From Octopus bimaculoides (Eukaryota): a stretch of 64,000 bases of DNA. Under the pieces are notes generated by a model that made no database searches, was not told the DNA's origin, and saw only the letters and a program-made list of their open reading frames with translations. The stretch is taken from the NCBI RefSeq assembly GCF_001194135.2, contig NC_068988.1, forward strand, positions 92,261,539 to 92,325,538. Direction: 5' to 3'. The position numbers were made by a program, and so were the translations under genes. How positions within the stretch are numbered: the first letter of the stretch is position 1; each line of letters opens with the position of its first letter. Of the stretch, positions 47,536-60,210 are shown piece by piece.

Positions 47536-48006
47536 GAAAGGCAATAATAATAATAATTGGTTCTGGTTTTATTGGTACCAAACACCATATGTGCTGGTGT
47601 CAAGTTCTATAGCAAAGTACCTTACACATACACACACATAGATGTACGTATATGTGTGCTGCTATCGAGATTTATGTACATTCTTGTAAGCAGAACAAGC
47701 TAAATCTTTAGATATGGTCTGCACTAGACAGGATAATCAAGACCTTGCACTATGCAAGATAGTCAAGTTTTTACTCTAGACTAAAGAAACAAATCGCAGT
47801 AATACCTTGAACTAGCTGTTCTTTGTTTATAGTTTCTATTGTTATCATTTGAGACAAACTGTTGGATGTAGTCAGCTATTTATATCTAAAACTGAAAAAT
47901 AAGTTTTATACTGTTGATAAAATTAATTGCCTTTACATAATTTAATTTATCAAAAATTAGTATCAGCTGTGTGAGTAGATTTATTTCTAAAACATTTTTA
48001 AATGCC

Positions 48007-48115
48007 NNNNNNNNNNNNNNNNNNNNNNNNNNNNNNNNNNNNNNNNNNNNNNNNNNNNNNNNNNNNNNNNNNNNNNNNNNNNNNNNNNNNNNNNNNNNNN
48101 NNNNNNNNNNNNNNN
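48007..48115. other. Assembly gap (109 N); 10-N gaps also at 27998-28007, 28503-28512 and 37807-37816
   Basis: Runs of n in the sequence. Confidence 1.
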
Positions 48116-51100
48116 TCCATGTTCTCCAAAACTTCCATGATTATACCATATCATTTTAACAAAATTGCTTCACAAACGAGTACAGTTAATATTACTATCT
48201 TCCTTACGTCCTGTTGTTTCAAGAGGTGTTTGTTTTGGTCTTTTTTGTTTCGTAAATGAAAGCTATGTTGATTCTGGTTTGCCTCACAGAGTTTGTCGTT
48301 CCCAGAGTCAAACCATTGTATTTTTTTTATGCTGCATGTACCCATTGATGGAATAAGATATGGTCAAGAGTGTATGGATCCACTCTTTACCAATGTAGAA
48401 AAACTTGGTCTGCTGTTGGCATGAGGAATTAACTGAAGACCGAGCAAAAATAACCCAATTTTTCTCCTGTAACCTCTTTTAGTTGTTCATGCTATTTATT
48501 CTAGTATTCTATTTTACCATGGGTAATATAGAAACATTTAGAAAGAAACATAGCTAAATTTTTGTAGCCAAGAACAAAAAAAAAAAAAACCATCATTGTG
48601 AAATTTAAAAAAATGTCTGACTCCAAAATTTTGGCATACCATTTTTAGAGAAAGTTACTTGAAACACTTTCTTCATATCAACACTTCTTGGCCAGTCTGT
48701 AAAAGAATCGACAATAACAAGCAGCACTCCAGTGACATTAATTAGCAAGGGTATGATCCATGTGTAGATGACTTGAGGAATCTAATCTCTTTGAAATATG
48801 ATTGAGGCCTGTTATCTTGAAATTTCTTATTGTCTCTACACATTTAGAATATCTATGAATGTAGTTTTTGACATAGCATGAAAACCAAGCCAACATTGCT
48901 CAAGCTTTAGATGCTTGCACAATGGATGTTATGATGAATACTTTAAATAATTAACCTTTTAGATAATTCAGACAATGAGATCACAATTTAATTTGCATAT
49001 AAGGTGTCTCAGTATTGAAGCAGTTATTCTGGATTTTTTGTTTTTACTTTGGGAAATGATTTTGCTTTATGTCAGATCACACAATGTTTTTCAAACTAAC
49101 ATAAAGAAATCAGTTCCTATCCAGAGTATGAAATTATAGTCAACATTATTCAAATTAATATCTTGGAATGGTTTTAAATTTAGTGGAGAAAAGCTTCCAA
49201 ATTAAATACTGTCAGCTATAAAGCCTACCCAGTAACACAACCCTTGAGAGTTTATTGTATACAAAATTCCTGAAGTTTCTATCTCAATAGCTGAAATAAT
49301 TAAATGCAGCTGCAGTTAACCTCCTCAATAAATATTGCATTGGGTGGTTATCCTGCAATAAAATTCCTGATATGTTGGCTACTAACATCATTGTCAACAT
49401 GACATTTTTGTTGACATCTAATATACACCCAATAGTAACATAACTCCCTTCAGTAATTTGTTCTACACGTCCCACACTTTTCATTTTAAAGCCCCAAACC
49501 AACTAAAAGTGTTTCCTTTTGCTATACAACTAGCATGTCTTTCAAAATGCAGGACCATTCACTTTAATATGTATGTGTGGGTGTATGCTTGCATTGGTGT
49601 TTGTCCTCCCCACCACTTGATAACCAGTGTTGGTTTGTTTTCACCCCCATGACTTAACAGTTTAGCAAAAGCGACAGAATAAGTAAATAAGTATTGAGGG
49701 TTGATTTGTTGAACTAAACCCTTTAAGGCAATGTTTCAGTGTGGCCACAGTCCAATGACTGAAACATGTAACAAGACACTATTTAACAATGACTCCTATA
49801 AAGAACATTTATATAACAAAGAAATCATGATATCTAACTGAAGGTTCAATACACTGTATATCAGGCATGGGAGACTTTTTCTGAGAAGCAGGCTGCACTA
49901 CTAAAAAAAAATTCAAGCAAGGTAATCTTTTGTTGTTGTACAATTCAAAAAGTGTGCTGTTGTTTGATCATGACTGCTGTATGTCAAAACAGTCTCATTA
50001 ACTATTTCAAGTTAATTAATCAATTTACTTGTCAATCTGTACACCTTTCTATCTTCATGGCCACTTAACATTAACTGTTCAAGGTACACTATTTGCTACA
50101 TGCACACACACACATGCAGTGAAGTATAAAGAGGAGTTTGTTCATAACAATAGTTTCATTTTTTTACTATGACATTATATAACACCAGTGTCTTTACAGT
50201 TTTGTTATATTAACAGAAAATTAATACCATCTGTCAATCTAATAGCTATCTGTAAACAGCTCACCCCTCTCTCACTGATGACAATCAATTAATATCTATT
50301 GTGACTGACACTGATTGCAAACCAAATATGATTAACGATTGATTTTGTCTTGTGTGTAAATCATCAGTTAAAGACAAGTCGACATTGCTCTATGAGCAGA
50401 AGACAGTGTGCTGTGAGAGTATAATTAACCTCAACAGGGAGTAAAATTATTTTATTACAAGCTCGTACTAACAGACCAATTAAATTGCTGTCGACTTTAA
50501 AACAATCAACTTTTCCCAACTTAAATGTTGAACAGCTTTTATTGTTGGGCAATTGATTCTTTTTTTGTTGAGTTAGTGTGATATTTTCTTTAATTATTGT
50601 TATGGCAAAGTAACAAAAACAAAAGAAGAAAAAAGAAGAAAAGGCAATTAAAAACAATTATTGTATCTGATTCATCAATAACTCCTAATGAAGAGAAAAT
50701 TGCACATAATTTAATTACATCAAATAGCAATATCTTATTTGTTTGTTTAAAAGTATTCATTCACTGAATGAATTTCATTTTTTTTCTTCTTTTTTTTTTA
50801 TCAGTCTTTTGATCAATCATTAATTTCTTGAGATTCCCCATAGATTGCTATTTGGTATATTTGTCTTAATCTTGTAGCTAATATTACTTATGTTCTTTTA
50901 TTATTTAAATTTTTGTCTTTATGTAAAATAATGCATTCACTGATAAAGTTTCTGAGTAAGTCTACTTGAGATATACATGGGAATTTGGAATTGTTTAATC
51001 GTAAACTGTTTGATATATTTCACTATATATATATTGTGTGTGTGTGTGTGTACATGAAGACATGGCTATGTTCTGGCATGGCTGCATGTTCAAGATGTCT

Positions 51101-52073
51101 ACTTCTTAACCAACCGCATGGTTTCAGGTTCGGTCCCACTGCAAGGCACCTTGTGCAAGTATCTTCTACACCAGCCTCAGGCCAACCCCAAAACTTGTGA
51201 GTGGATTTGATAGAAAGAAATTGGAAGAATCCTGGTGTGTGTGTGTGTGCGTGTGTGTCTGTGTGTGTGTGTGTGTGCGTGTGTGTGTCTGTGTGTGTGT
51301 GTGTGTGTGTGGAAAAACCAAATATCTATGCTGAAGATTGGCCTGGAACCCTGGCAACTGAGGAAAGCCATCAAGAAGATAGCCATGGCAACTGAGACCA
51401 GTTCAAGTTGACTGGTTGACAAGAGACCATAGGTAGGATCCTTCTGTCATCAAAGACTAATTGAGTCCTTGCTGCTCCCAACAAGAATGGTGTACAGACT
51501 AAGGGATAAAATGCTTTTGACCTTTGGATACCATGTCTGCTGATGATACAGAAGGGTTCTAACATTGTGATGGATTCAGAAGAGCTTGCAATACCTCTGA
51601 GTAGCTCCTGCAGTTTCTGCATGAGGCAAAGCATTTCTGCTTTCCATGCTGGTGTGGGTTGGATGGTTTGACCAGAGCTGCACCAAGTTCCAGTCTGATT
51701 TGGTTTGGTTTCTACAGCTGGATGCCCTTCCTGATGCTGACCACTTCACAGAGTGTGTTAGGTGCTTTTTACCTGGCATCGGCACAGGCACTTTTACATG
51801 ATGCTGACTTGGGTACTTTTTATGTGGCACCAGCACAGGTGCTTTTCATGTGGCAGGAAGTAAGCTTTATACTGCTTTTATTGCTGACACAAGTCAGCAT
51901 TAGGTATCAGTATCAGGGGCCTGCTGTTGTATGTCCATGAAATGTAGACAGTGGATGTAGAAGATGGAGTAAGTAGATGAAGATAAATGAGCTTTAGAGG
52001 TAATTTAATGCCTGAGAGTCAGAAGAGCAGTGATAAGTCTGTTCAAGAGACATGACTGATCTATGTAACTTAA

Positions 52074-52294
52074 CCCTTTAGTGTTCAGATTAATCTGTTA
52101 AATGTAATACTTTTTTCACTCAAATTGTTTTGAATTAATCGTACATTATCTTACAGCTTTGAAGTTTCGATGGTGTGATAGATTATTCTTAGACTGTCAT
52201 TGTAGGTTAGGTGTGAGAGGCTAGATATGGCCAGTTTGAATTTAAAACATGTCGGATATTTGGGCCGGATATGGCCAGCTTAAACACCAAAGGG
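52074..52294. mobile_element. piggyBac-type MITE
   Basis: TTAA on both sides (52070-73, 52295-98). TIRs ccctttagtgtt / aacaccaaaggg. Confidence 0.8.
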
Positions 52295-53089
52295 TTAAAT
52301 AACTGAACTAGTAAAAAGTCATGCTGTGAAATGATAGTAGAGAATGGCAGGATTACTGCATGGAAGGGATGTGGGATGATGGTTGTCATTGCCCCTTTTG
52401 ATACCACTCCCCAATGAAACCACCCCTGGTTCTATGGCATAAGTTACTTGTTTTAAAATGATCTGAATTAAACTTTTCATCTAAATTCCATCTTTTATCT
52501 TGTACCTGTTTCAGACATTTGACTGTGGCCATACTAGGGCACCACTTTGAAGGGTTTTAGTTGAACAAATTGACCCTAAGATTTATTTTTTTGAACCTAA
52601 TATTTATTCTGTCAGTCCCTTTGCCTGAACTGCTATGTTATGGGGACGTAAAGACACCAACACTGGTTGTCAAGTGGTGGTGAGGGACAAAGACACACAC
52701 ACATAGATATATATACATATATATATATATATGGTGGGCTTCTTTCAGTTTCCATCAACCAAATCCACTTGCTGGGCTTTGGTCAGCTCGAGGCTATAGT
52801 AGAAGACCGTTGCCCAAGTTGCCATACAGTGGAACCGTATGGTTGGGAAACAAGCGTCTTACCACACAGCCCACACCTGCATCTTGTTAATTTATATTCC
52901 AACTACCAGCTTAATAATCACCGTTATTTTAATAAATTCTTTGTTATTTTCAAAATTAGTTGAAGCAGAAATATGGTAACAAAAGGGTTAAGATTTTAAA
53001 AACTTGGGCTCCCCACAACTGAAATCACATAATGCAACAACAAAGGGTAATAATTCTTCCAACATACTTCATCACAAAAGTTGGACAAT

Positions 53090-53205
53090 AAGTATGATGA
53101 TGATTATGATGATGATGATGGTGATGGTGATGGTGATGGTGATGGTGATGATGATTATGATGATGATGATGATGATGGTGATGGTGATGTAGTAGCAGCA
53201 GCAGC
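53090..53205. repeat. (GAT)/(GGT) trinucleotide microsatellite
   Basis: Direct reading. Confidence 0.95.
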
Positions 53206-53410
53206 TGGTAGTGATGGCACCATAAAAAAAGAAAAAAATATTTATATTTTTCTCTTATTATTTATTCCTTTTTAATGTAATTTCTTAAGGTACAGATTTA
53301 TGGTGAAAAATTGATAATTTCTGTGTGCAAATACAAAATCAATCAGTGCTTATAGAAATGTTAATTTAAGGATCAATCATGGAAAATTTCTCTTTCTCTC
53401 TTTCCTTCTC

Positions 53411-53449
<39 letters not shown>

Positions 53450-53675
53450 TTAAGCGATGTGTGTAAAATATTTCACTATGTTATGCACAGAGCTTGAAGT
53501 ATTAAAACTGCAGTATTGCTGAGATTTCTGCAACATATGCAACTAGTTTGAAAGAGGAAATGATCATTAAAAGGACGACTGCTATATTCTACTTTACTCT
53601 TGGGAATCTCATAGCTTACCTTTCACAGTTTATATATATACACACACACGCACACATGTGCACACACACACACAC

Positions 53676-53709
<34 letters not shown>

Positions 53710-54202
53710 CTTTTCTGAAATTTGTGAGGAGGGGGCTAGTCGATTACATTGAAATTTGTGAGGAAGGGGCTAGTCGATTACATTGATCCCAATGTGAGAC
53801 TGGTGCTTATTTATCGACCCTGAAAGGATGAAAGGCAAAGTTGACCTCGGCAGAATTTGAACTCAGAACGTGAAGACAAACGGAATGCTGCTATGCATTT
53901 TGCCCGGCATGCTAACAATTCTGCCAGCTCATTGCCTTAATAATAATAATGATGATAATAATAATAATGATGATAATAATAATCCTTTCTACTTAAGGCA
54001 CAAGGCCTGAAATTTGTGGGGAGGGGATAAATCAATCACTTTGACTCCAGAGTTTCACTGGTACTTAATTTATCGACCCCGAAAGTTGACCTTGGTGGAA
54101 TTTGAACTCAGAATGTAGTGATGGGGGAAATACCACTAAGCATGTCATCCAGCATACTAACGATTGTCAGCTCACCACCTTAACAATAATAATAATAATA
54201 AT

Positions 54203-54492
54203 AGTTGTTCTGTATTTTAGAGATGAGGAATTCTGTACATTATTTACATTGGATGGATATGAGTCCTCATCTTGTTTGTTGTTACCATAACATTTCGGCT
54301 GATTTACTCTTCAGCCTTCATCAGGTGTCCTAGTGGAATTTTGAACCCAACCCTGGATTCTCATTCCTAAGGTATTTTTTTGCTGGTGTTATTATTGTCA
54401 TTATTATTATCATTTATTCAAGGCACTGCCTGAAATTGAACTCGGAATCTTGGGGTTAGTAGCCTGCGCTGTTAACCATTACGCTATATGCC
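54203..54492 (-). mobile_element. tRNA-derived SINE with (AAT)n linker and hammerhead-like tail
   Basis: Head gggcatatagcgtaatggttaacagcgcaggctactaaccccaagattccgagttcaattt (A/B boxes). The tail has GACAC-CTGATGA-A-GGCTGA-loop-TCAGCC-GAAA at 54329-54293. Confidence 0.85.
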
Positions 54493-54984
54493 CATAGGCA
54501 ATTAAAGAGTGAATTTTAGGGCTAATATTTTTGTATCCTTCCTTAATACTGGTTCCCATATTCTACACATATCTGCACTAGGTCTGCTTAGGAGGTACAT
54601 AATCTGGTACATAATCTGTTGGTCCCTTTTGCCAAACTGCTAAGTTACAGGGGTATAAACAAATCAATACCAGTTGTTAAGCACACATACACACACACAC
54701 AGAGTGAGCTTCCACACAGTTTCTGTTTACCAAATTCACTCACAAGGCATTGAGCTCCCTTCTAATATATACAATAATATAATATCTTATATGATAATAT
54801 ATAATGTATAACATGAAAATGTATAATATAATAATATATAATATAATAATAATATATAGATGGTGAAATCTAATCAACAGTGGCAAAAAAACACTGAAAG
54901 AACCAGCCAGAGATTTCATTACCTTTGTGTGCTCAGATCCGTTTGAAGAAGAAGAAACTTCCTGTGAGTGATGAAAAGTAGAAC

Positions 54985-55345
54985 AGTTACTGGGAGGTGG
55001 CTGCAGATTTACCAGGGTGTCAAGGATTCTTTCCCATTCTAGTCATGAAGAAACCAGATATCATCATGTGTGAAAAAGAAAGTGGTAAATCTAATTGAGT
55101 TAACAGTTGCTCATGAAGATAACATGGATGCTACTCGGGCTCAAAAGATTGAGTGTTATGGAAACCTCCTTGAGGAATGTAAACATGCAGGCTGGAAAGC
55201 AGAGCATTTTCCAATTGAAGCCAGATGTAGAGGATTCGTTGGACACAGTGTGAGGTAACTGATGAGTGATATCCAGGCTACAGTGGAAAAGGCAAGCCTC
55301 TGGATCTGGTTAAAAAGAGATGATGAGCAATGCCTAGAATATTGA
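54985..55345 (+). mobile_element. 3' end of a restriction-like-endonuclease non-LTR retrotransposon (Hero/NeSL-like)
   Basis: WEVAADLPG..KKPDII..LIELTVAHEDN..K..Y..L..C..AGW..FPIEARCRGF..EKASLWIWLKR, a PD-(D/E)xK RLE motif. Confidence 0.8.
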
Positions 55346-55669
55346 GTGAAACCTGATAACCAGTTGATCTAGTAAGCATGGCCTCATTTCAGTGAGTGGG
55401 GCCAGTGCACAATGATGCCATCAAGAGATAAGCCCCGAAATGGTACGCATTCTCTCCTGATGATCCCATAAACTTGCTCTGCTAGTTGCTTGCAAAAAAG
55501 AAATCATAAAGGTATGAGTGAAAGTGATAAGCATTGTTAACTAATTCTTACTCTGTTGTAAATATTTGTGTGTATGTACTTATAGTGTAGTCATTGAACT
55601 ACCTTTTGGTGTATATAAACATATACAATCTGTGTATGGAGGGAGAGAAGTGAGGTCATCATAATTTTT

Positions 55670-56360
55670 ACGTTCACTTTCCATGCTTTCACAGGTTCTA
55701 TTCATTTTGAGTGCTTGGCACTTCTTTATATGGCTGTCATCTTCTATATGCATCATATGCCCATTGCAATACAGTCTTCCTTTTGCATATTACATCTGAC
55801 ACCTTTTCTCAGTCCCCTTGAATTCTGCCATTCCTGTACTCTAACATTACACATTTAGCAAAGCATTCTCACTCCATTATTTCTTTCTAGTTTTTGTAGA
55901 TCCTCAGTATTCAAGGGCCATGTTTTTCTGCTTCCATGTAGTATCACACTTCATACACAAGCATCACACAAATTGCTCTTCACTCTGTGGGAGAAGCCCT
56001 TTGTAGCCAGCACCTCCATAAACTTTCTCCAGCCTTTCTTACTCTGGTTATTCTACTTTTAAAACACATGCCTCCTCAGCTAATTGGATCACTTAAGTAA
56101 CAGAAGCTATCAACTACATTTTGGCAGTTTCAGAGCGTTTTAGAGAATCTGTTTTCTGTGTGCTCTTACTGCTTATTGTCTGTGTGTACCTACTACATAT
56201 AAAGTCTATTTTCTCTGCTAGTGATTCCTTTACATCTCTTGTGCATCCATTGTTTATACTAGACATACCATATGGAATTTTTTCTGCCTTTTCCTTTTCT
56301 GCACATTGGCTATACCCATTTTTCTGACAGGAGGAGGGTCTTGTCTGCTTTCCTACTTAC
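55670..56360 (-). mobile_element. Degraded RTE LINE 3' coding fragment
   Basis: Minus strand gtagttgatagcttctgttacttaagtgatcc and catggaagcagaaaacatgg match 45027-45250. Confidence 0.75.
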
Positions 56361-57493
56361 TAAAACTTTAAACATTTCAATATTTACTTCTGTTTACTTT
56401 CCTTTCGATTTTATATTTTATTTTCATATCTGGAATTTCTTCTTCACATCTTATACACATTCTGATATTTGACCACTAGAATTACATCAAGAGGAAAGCA
56501 ACTGCCATGTTACTGACTTTCCCCACTACTAATGAGGACCAACTCAATTCTGCAAATATGGAATTAGCAAAAGTATCAGTATTGCAAGAAAGCAAACTTT
56601 TTTTTAACAGAGGAGGAGCTGCACCAATACGGTTTCAACAGACATGCAGCAAAGTAGTTATTTATCTGGCAGTGTGTAAGATAAAGTTTCACATCCTAAT
56701 ATTAACATATTTAACTCAGACAACTTGATGTATTTTTCTGAAAAAAATGTCTATCAAGCATTTTCAGTGTTATTGTTCTAATGAGGACAACTAATACACA
56801 CAGTATGCACACATGTGACATGCATGCAGACTCTATACTCAGATAATGTATGCATACACTTCAACAGTCTACACTACGTAGGTATGTATGTATGTATGTA
56901 TGTATGTATGTATGTATGTACGTATGTATGTATGTACACATGCCTGTGTGTGTATGTATACATTTTTATATGTAATATATGTGGAGATGTGTGGCTTAGT
57001 GGTTAAGGGTGTTGCATGCATGATCTTAAGATTGTGGTTTCGATTCCTGGACTGGGCAGTGCATTGTGTTTTTGAACGTCATTTCTTGTTGCTCCAGTCC
57101 ACTCAGATGGCAAGAACGAGGAATACTGTGATGGACTGAAATCCTGTCCAGGAGGGAATATACACACCACAGAATCCAGAAAACCAGCCTTATGAATCTA
57201 TGGCTCTGGAAGGGTCAGGTGCATGCAAGACAGTATGTTAAGAAGTTTGCTTCTCATTCATGTGGTTCCATGTTCAGTCTTATCGCATGCATCTTGGGCA
57301 AGTATCTTTTACTATAAGCCCAGGCTGACCAAAAAACATGTCTGACCATGGGGAAATATTACATTGCTTCAAAACTGGTGAGGGTTGGCAACAGGAAGGG
57401 AATTTGGCCATGGAAAATCTGCCTCAAATAAACTGTCTAACTCATGCAAGCATGGAAAAGTAGACATCAATTGATGATGATAATATATATATA

Positions 57494-58598
57494 TGAGGTG
57501 GTATCAAAAAGTTCCCGGATTAGTTCTGTAGTGTGCCAACAGATGGCAGCACACGGTTGCATGCACAGTGAGAGCTAGTAGTGACCTTCATGAGGTAGTG
57601 TGCCTGGTGACATCACTATTTACTTTGCAAGTTGTGGAATTTGTGTTTTTGTGATCACATATATGTTGTAGTCTGCAATTTTGCCATGGACAGGAACAAA
57701 GAACCAACGTGAAATTTTGCATTAAACTTGGGGAGTTTGCTACAGAGTCATTGAGCATGCTTTGGCAAGCTTATGGTGACGAGGCAATGGGTTGTACACA
57801 ATATATTGAGTGACACAGGTGCTTCAAAAGGTGAAGACAATGAGCGATTTGGAAGACCTGCCGTGAGTGTCACCTCTGGAAATGTGGTATTGTGCATCGA
57901 AAAGTCATCCTCCTGGGCCAGACTGCCAATTGAAAGTTCTACTGTGATGTTTGAAGTGTTTGAGGGAGGACATTTGGTGAAAGTGACCGAATTTGTTGGG
58001 CACGAAGAATTGGATTCTTCACATTGACAAGGCACCCTATTTGCCAGATTTAGCATCTATGGACTTCTGTCTCTTCCCCAAGATGAAAATGCAGTTCAAA
58101 GGTCACCGTTTTAAGACTGTTGTGAAAATCCAGAGTGAACTGCAGAAGGTTCTCAACTAACTTATGGAAAACGACTTGTAGGCCAGATTCCAAAATTGAC
58201 AGCGATGCTGGGAGTGGTGTATTACTATACAAAGTGACTATTTTGAAGGAGATGATGTTAAAACTTAGGTAAATAAATTATCCATTTATTGCAGAAAAAT
58301 ATGTTACTGGCCAGCCATGAGACTTGAACTCACATCTCATGTGAGTTCGAGTCTCATGGCTGGCCAGTAACGTATTTTTCTGCAATAAATGGATAATTTA
58401 TCCTGATCACGCTATTTATAGCATTATCACGCGTTTGAGAAATAAATTTATTTCTGTATCTTACAATACATCTCAACGCTTCTAAAAAAAAAAAAAAAAA
58501 AAAACTTTGTTTGTTTACTTTCATCGTAAAGTTGAATTTAGGTAAATAAGTTATTTTTATTAAACATACCTAGTCCTGGAACTTTTTGATACTAAATA
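57494..58598 (+). mobile_element. Mariner transposon of another family, degraded, with internal deletions and an insertion
   Basis: Left TIR tgaggtggtatcaaaaagttccc after TA; degenerate right TIR ~58571-58592. Remnants NVKFCIKLG, EDNERFGRP, IVHRKVILLGQTAN, PYLPDLASMDFCLFPKMK, DYFEGD. Confidence 0.85.
58277..58537 (+). mobile_element. 261-bp insertion with 12-bp target-site duplication, containing a 129-bp hairpin and an A21 tract
   Basis: ttaggtaaataa at 58265-58276 and 58538-58549. Hairpin 58273-58401 has 63-bp arms, a 3-nt loop and 2 mismatches. Confidence 0.75.
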
Positions 58599-58689
58599 TA
58601 TGTAAGTATATTTTCCTTCACCGTCTGTTTTCCTATGTTAGTATGTTAGACCAATATATTATGGAGACTGTTTTACAGCTGGCTCTCCT

Positions 58690-59460
58690 TCCTGTTGCCG
58701 ACTCTTATCTCTTGTTTCAAGTAAAGGATCTCTTTTCACATATCTTTGAAGACATGAAGTGAGTGGAATTTCTTCACTACTGATTCAGCTAGAAGTAGAC
58801 TATCAGCATACAAGAGTTCCTGTAGGCAGCTGTTCTATGGGAACCCCAGTTTGCTGTTATGACTTTGGATACCATGATAAATAGAAGGAAGCTAAGAACT
58901 GAACCCTGGTGCACCTCTCCCTGCATGCTAAATTTGTTACTATATTCAGTGCTGACTCACATTTTGTTGACAGTATTTCTCTGTACAAGGTTTATACTGT
59001 CATCATAAGCTCTTCATCTACTAGCTTCCTTAGTGATCACTAGATCGCAGAATAAGGAACATTGTCAAATGCCTTTTTCATGCCTATGAATACAAGGTAA
59101 TGTGGCTTATTCCTAGCTAAGTAATTCTCACTAGAAAGATGGTATCAATAGTACTTCCACCTGGCATAGAGCTGAACTGCATCTCATGTAAGTGAACTCT
59201 CTTTCTCATCAGTTGGGTTATAATACTTTCTGCAGTTTTCATAACCTGGTTCTCTAATTTGATACTTTTGTGATTTCCTCTCTCTGGTATGCCTACATTG
59301 ACTTTGCAGCAGTCAATAAGGCTGCTACCATGGCAGTTATCAGGTATGACACTTTCCTGTACTACCTGAGGGACAATGCTTCTGACTAGCCCATCGCTAT
59401 TAAAGCATCACTCAGCAGTAATCCATATCCTCCATTGTTCTATTTACCATACAGCTTAAA
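58690..59460 (-). mobile_element. Degraded RTE LINE RT fragment (same family as 44.4 kb)
   Basis: Minus strand gagatgcagttcagctctatgccagg, ggcatttgacaatgttcc, gtgcaccagggttcagttcttagc and ctcttgtatgctgat align with the 44.4-kb copy and include the segment deleted there. Confidence 0.85.
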
Positions 59461-59852
59461 ATATGAATGGTAGGTCCTTCCATTGGGTTTACTTGAAGTA
59501 GACTCTCTCTCTCTCTCTCTCATTCAAAAGTCTCTTTTAGTAGCATTTGAATACCACTTTCTTTCTAGCATTAGTAAGAACAAGTATTTTGTTATCATTC
59601 TCTGCACACTGCTCCCCAAAGTTGTGTGCACTTTGATTCTGTCTAGGACGTTGCCTACCTATCAAAGCATTACATGTCTCTGGTCCTCACATTACAGAAC
59701 ATGTGGAAACTGCTTTTTTGTTTGCCTCTTCCCTGGTTATATGCATCTGATGTCTAACTTCTTTTCTAGTTATTTGATATTGTACTTTTCTGCCTGCTTT
59801 ATATATATATATATATATGTATGTATATACATATACATACATACATGCATAC

Positions 59853-59887
<35 letters not shown>

Positions 59888-59907
59888 TATGTGTGTGTGT
59901 GTGTGTG

Positions 59908-60210
59908 AAGGCATGTGGCTTAGTGGTTCGGGCATCGGCTCATGATCGTAAGGTCGTGAGTTCAATTCCTGGCAACGTGTTGTATCCTTGAGCAAGACAC
60001 TTTATTTCATGTTGCTCCAGTCCACTCAGCTGGCAAAAATGAGTTGTACCGGTATTGATACAGTGTGTATCACGCTGAATCTCCCTAAGAACTACGTTAA
60101 GGGTACACGTGTCTGTAGAGTACTCAGCCACTTGCACATTAATTTCATAAGCAAGATGTTCCATTGATCATATCAGCTGGGACCCTCATTGTCGTAACCG
60201 ATGGAGTGCT
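59908..60210 (+). mobile_element. tRNA-derived SINE family C
   Basis: gtggcttagtggtt..gtgagttcaattcctgg head; body matches the 34.5-kb copy. Confidence 0.9.

Noticed and set aside
55425-55470. GAAA...CTGATGA in the RLE-LINE 3' UTR as a permuted hammerhead
   Set aside because: I could not form helices I-III around the motifs.
29477-60000. tRNA genes at A/B-box-containing heads (29477, 54492, 56982, 59908 and others)
   Set aside because: Each continues into a repeated SINE body and lacks a clean cloverleaf.
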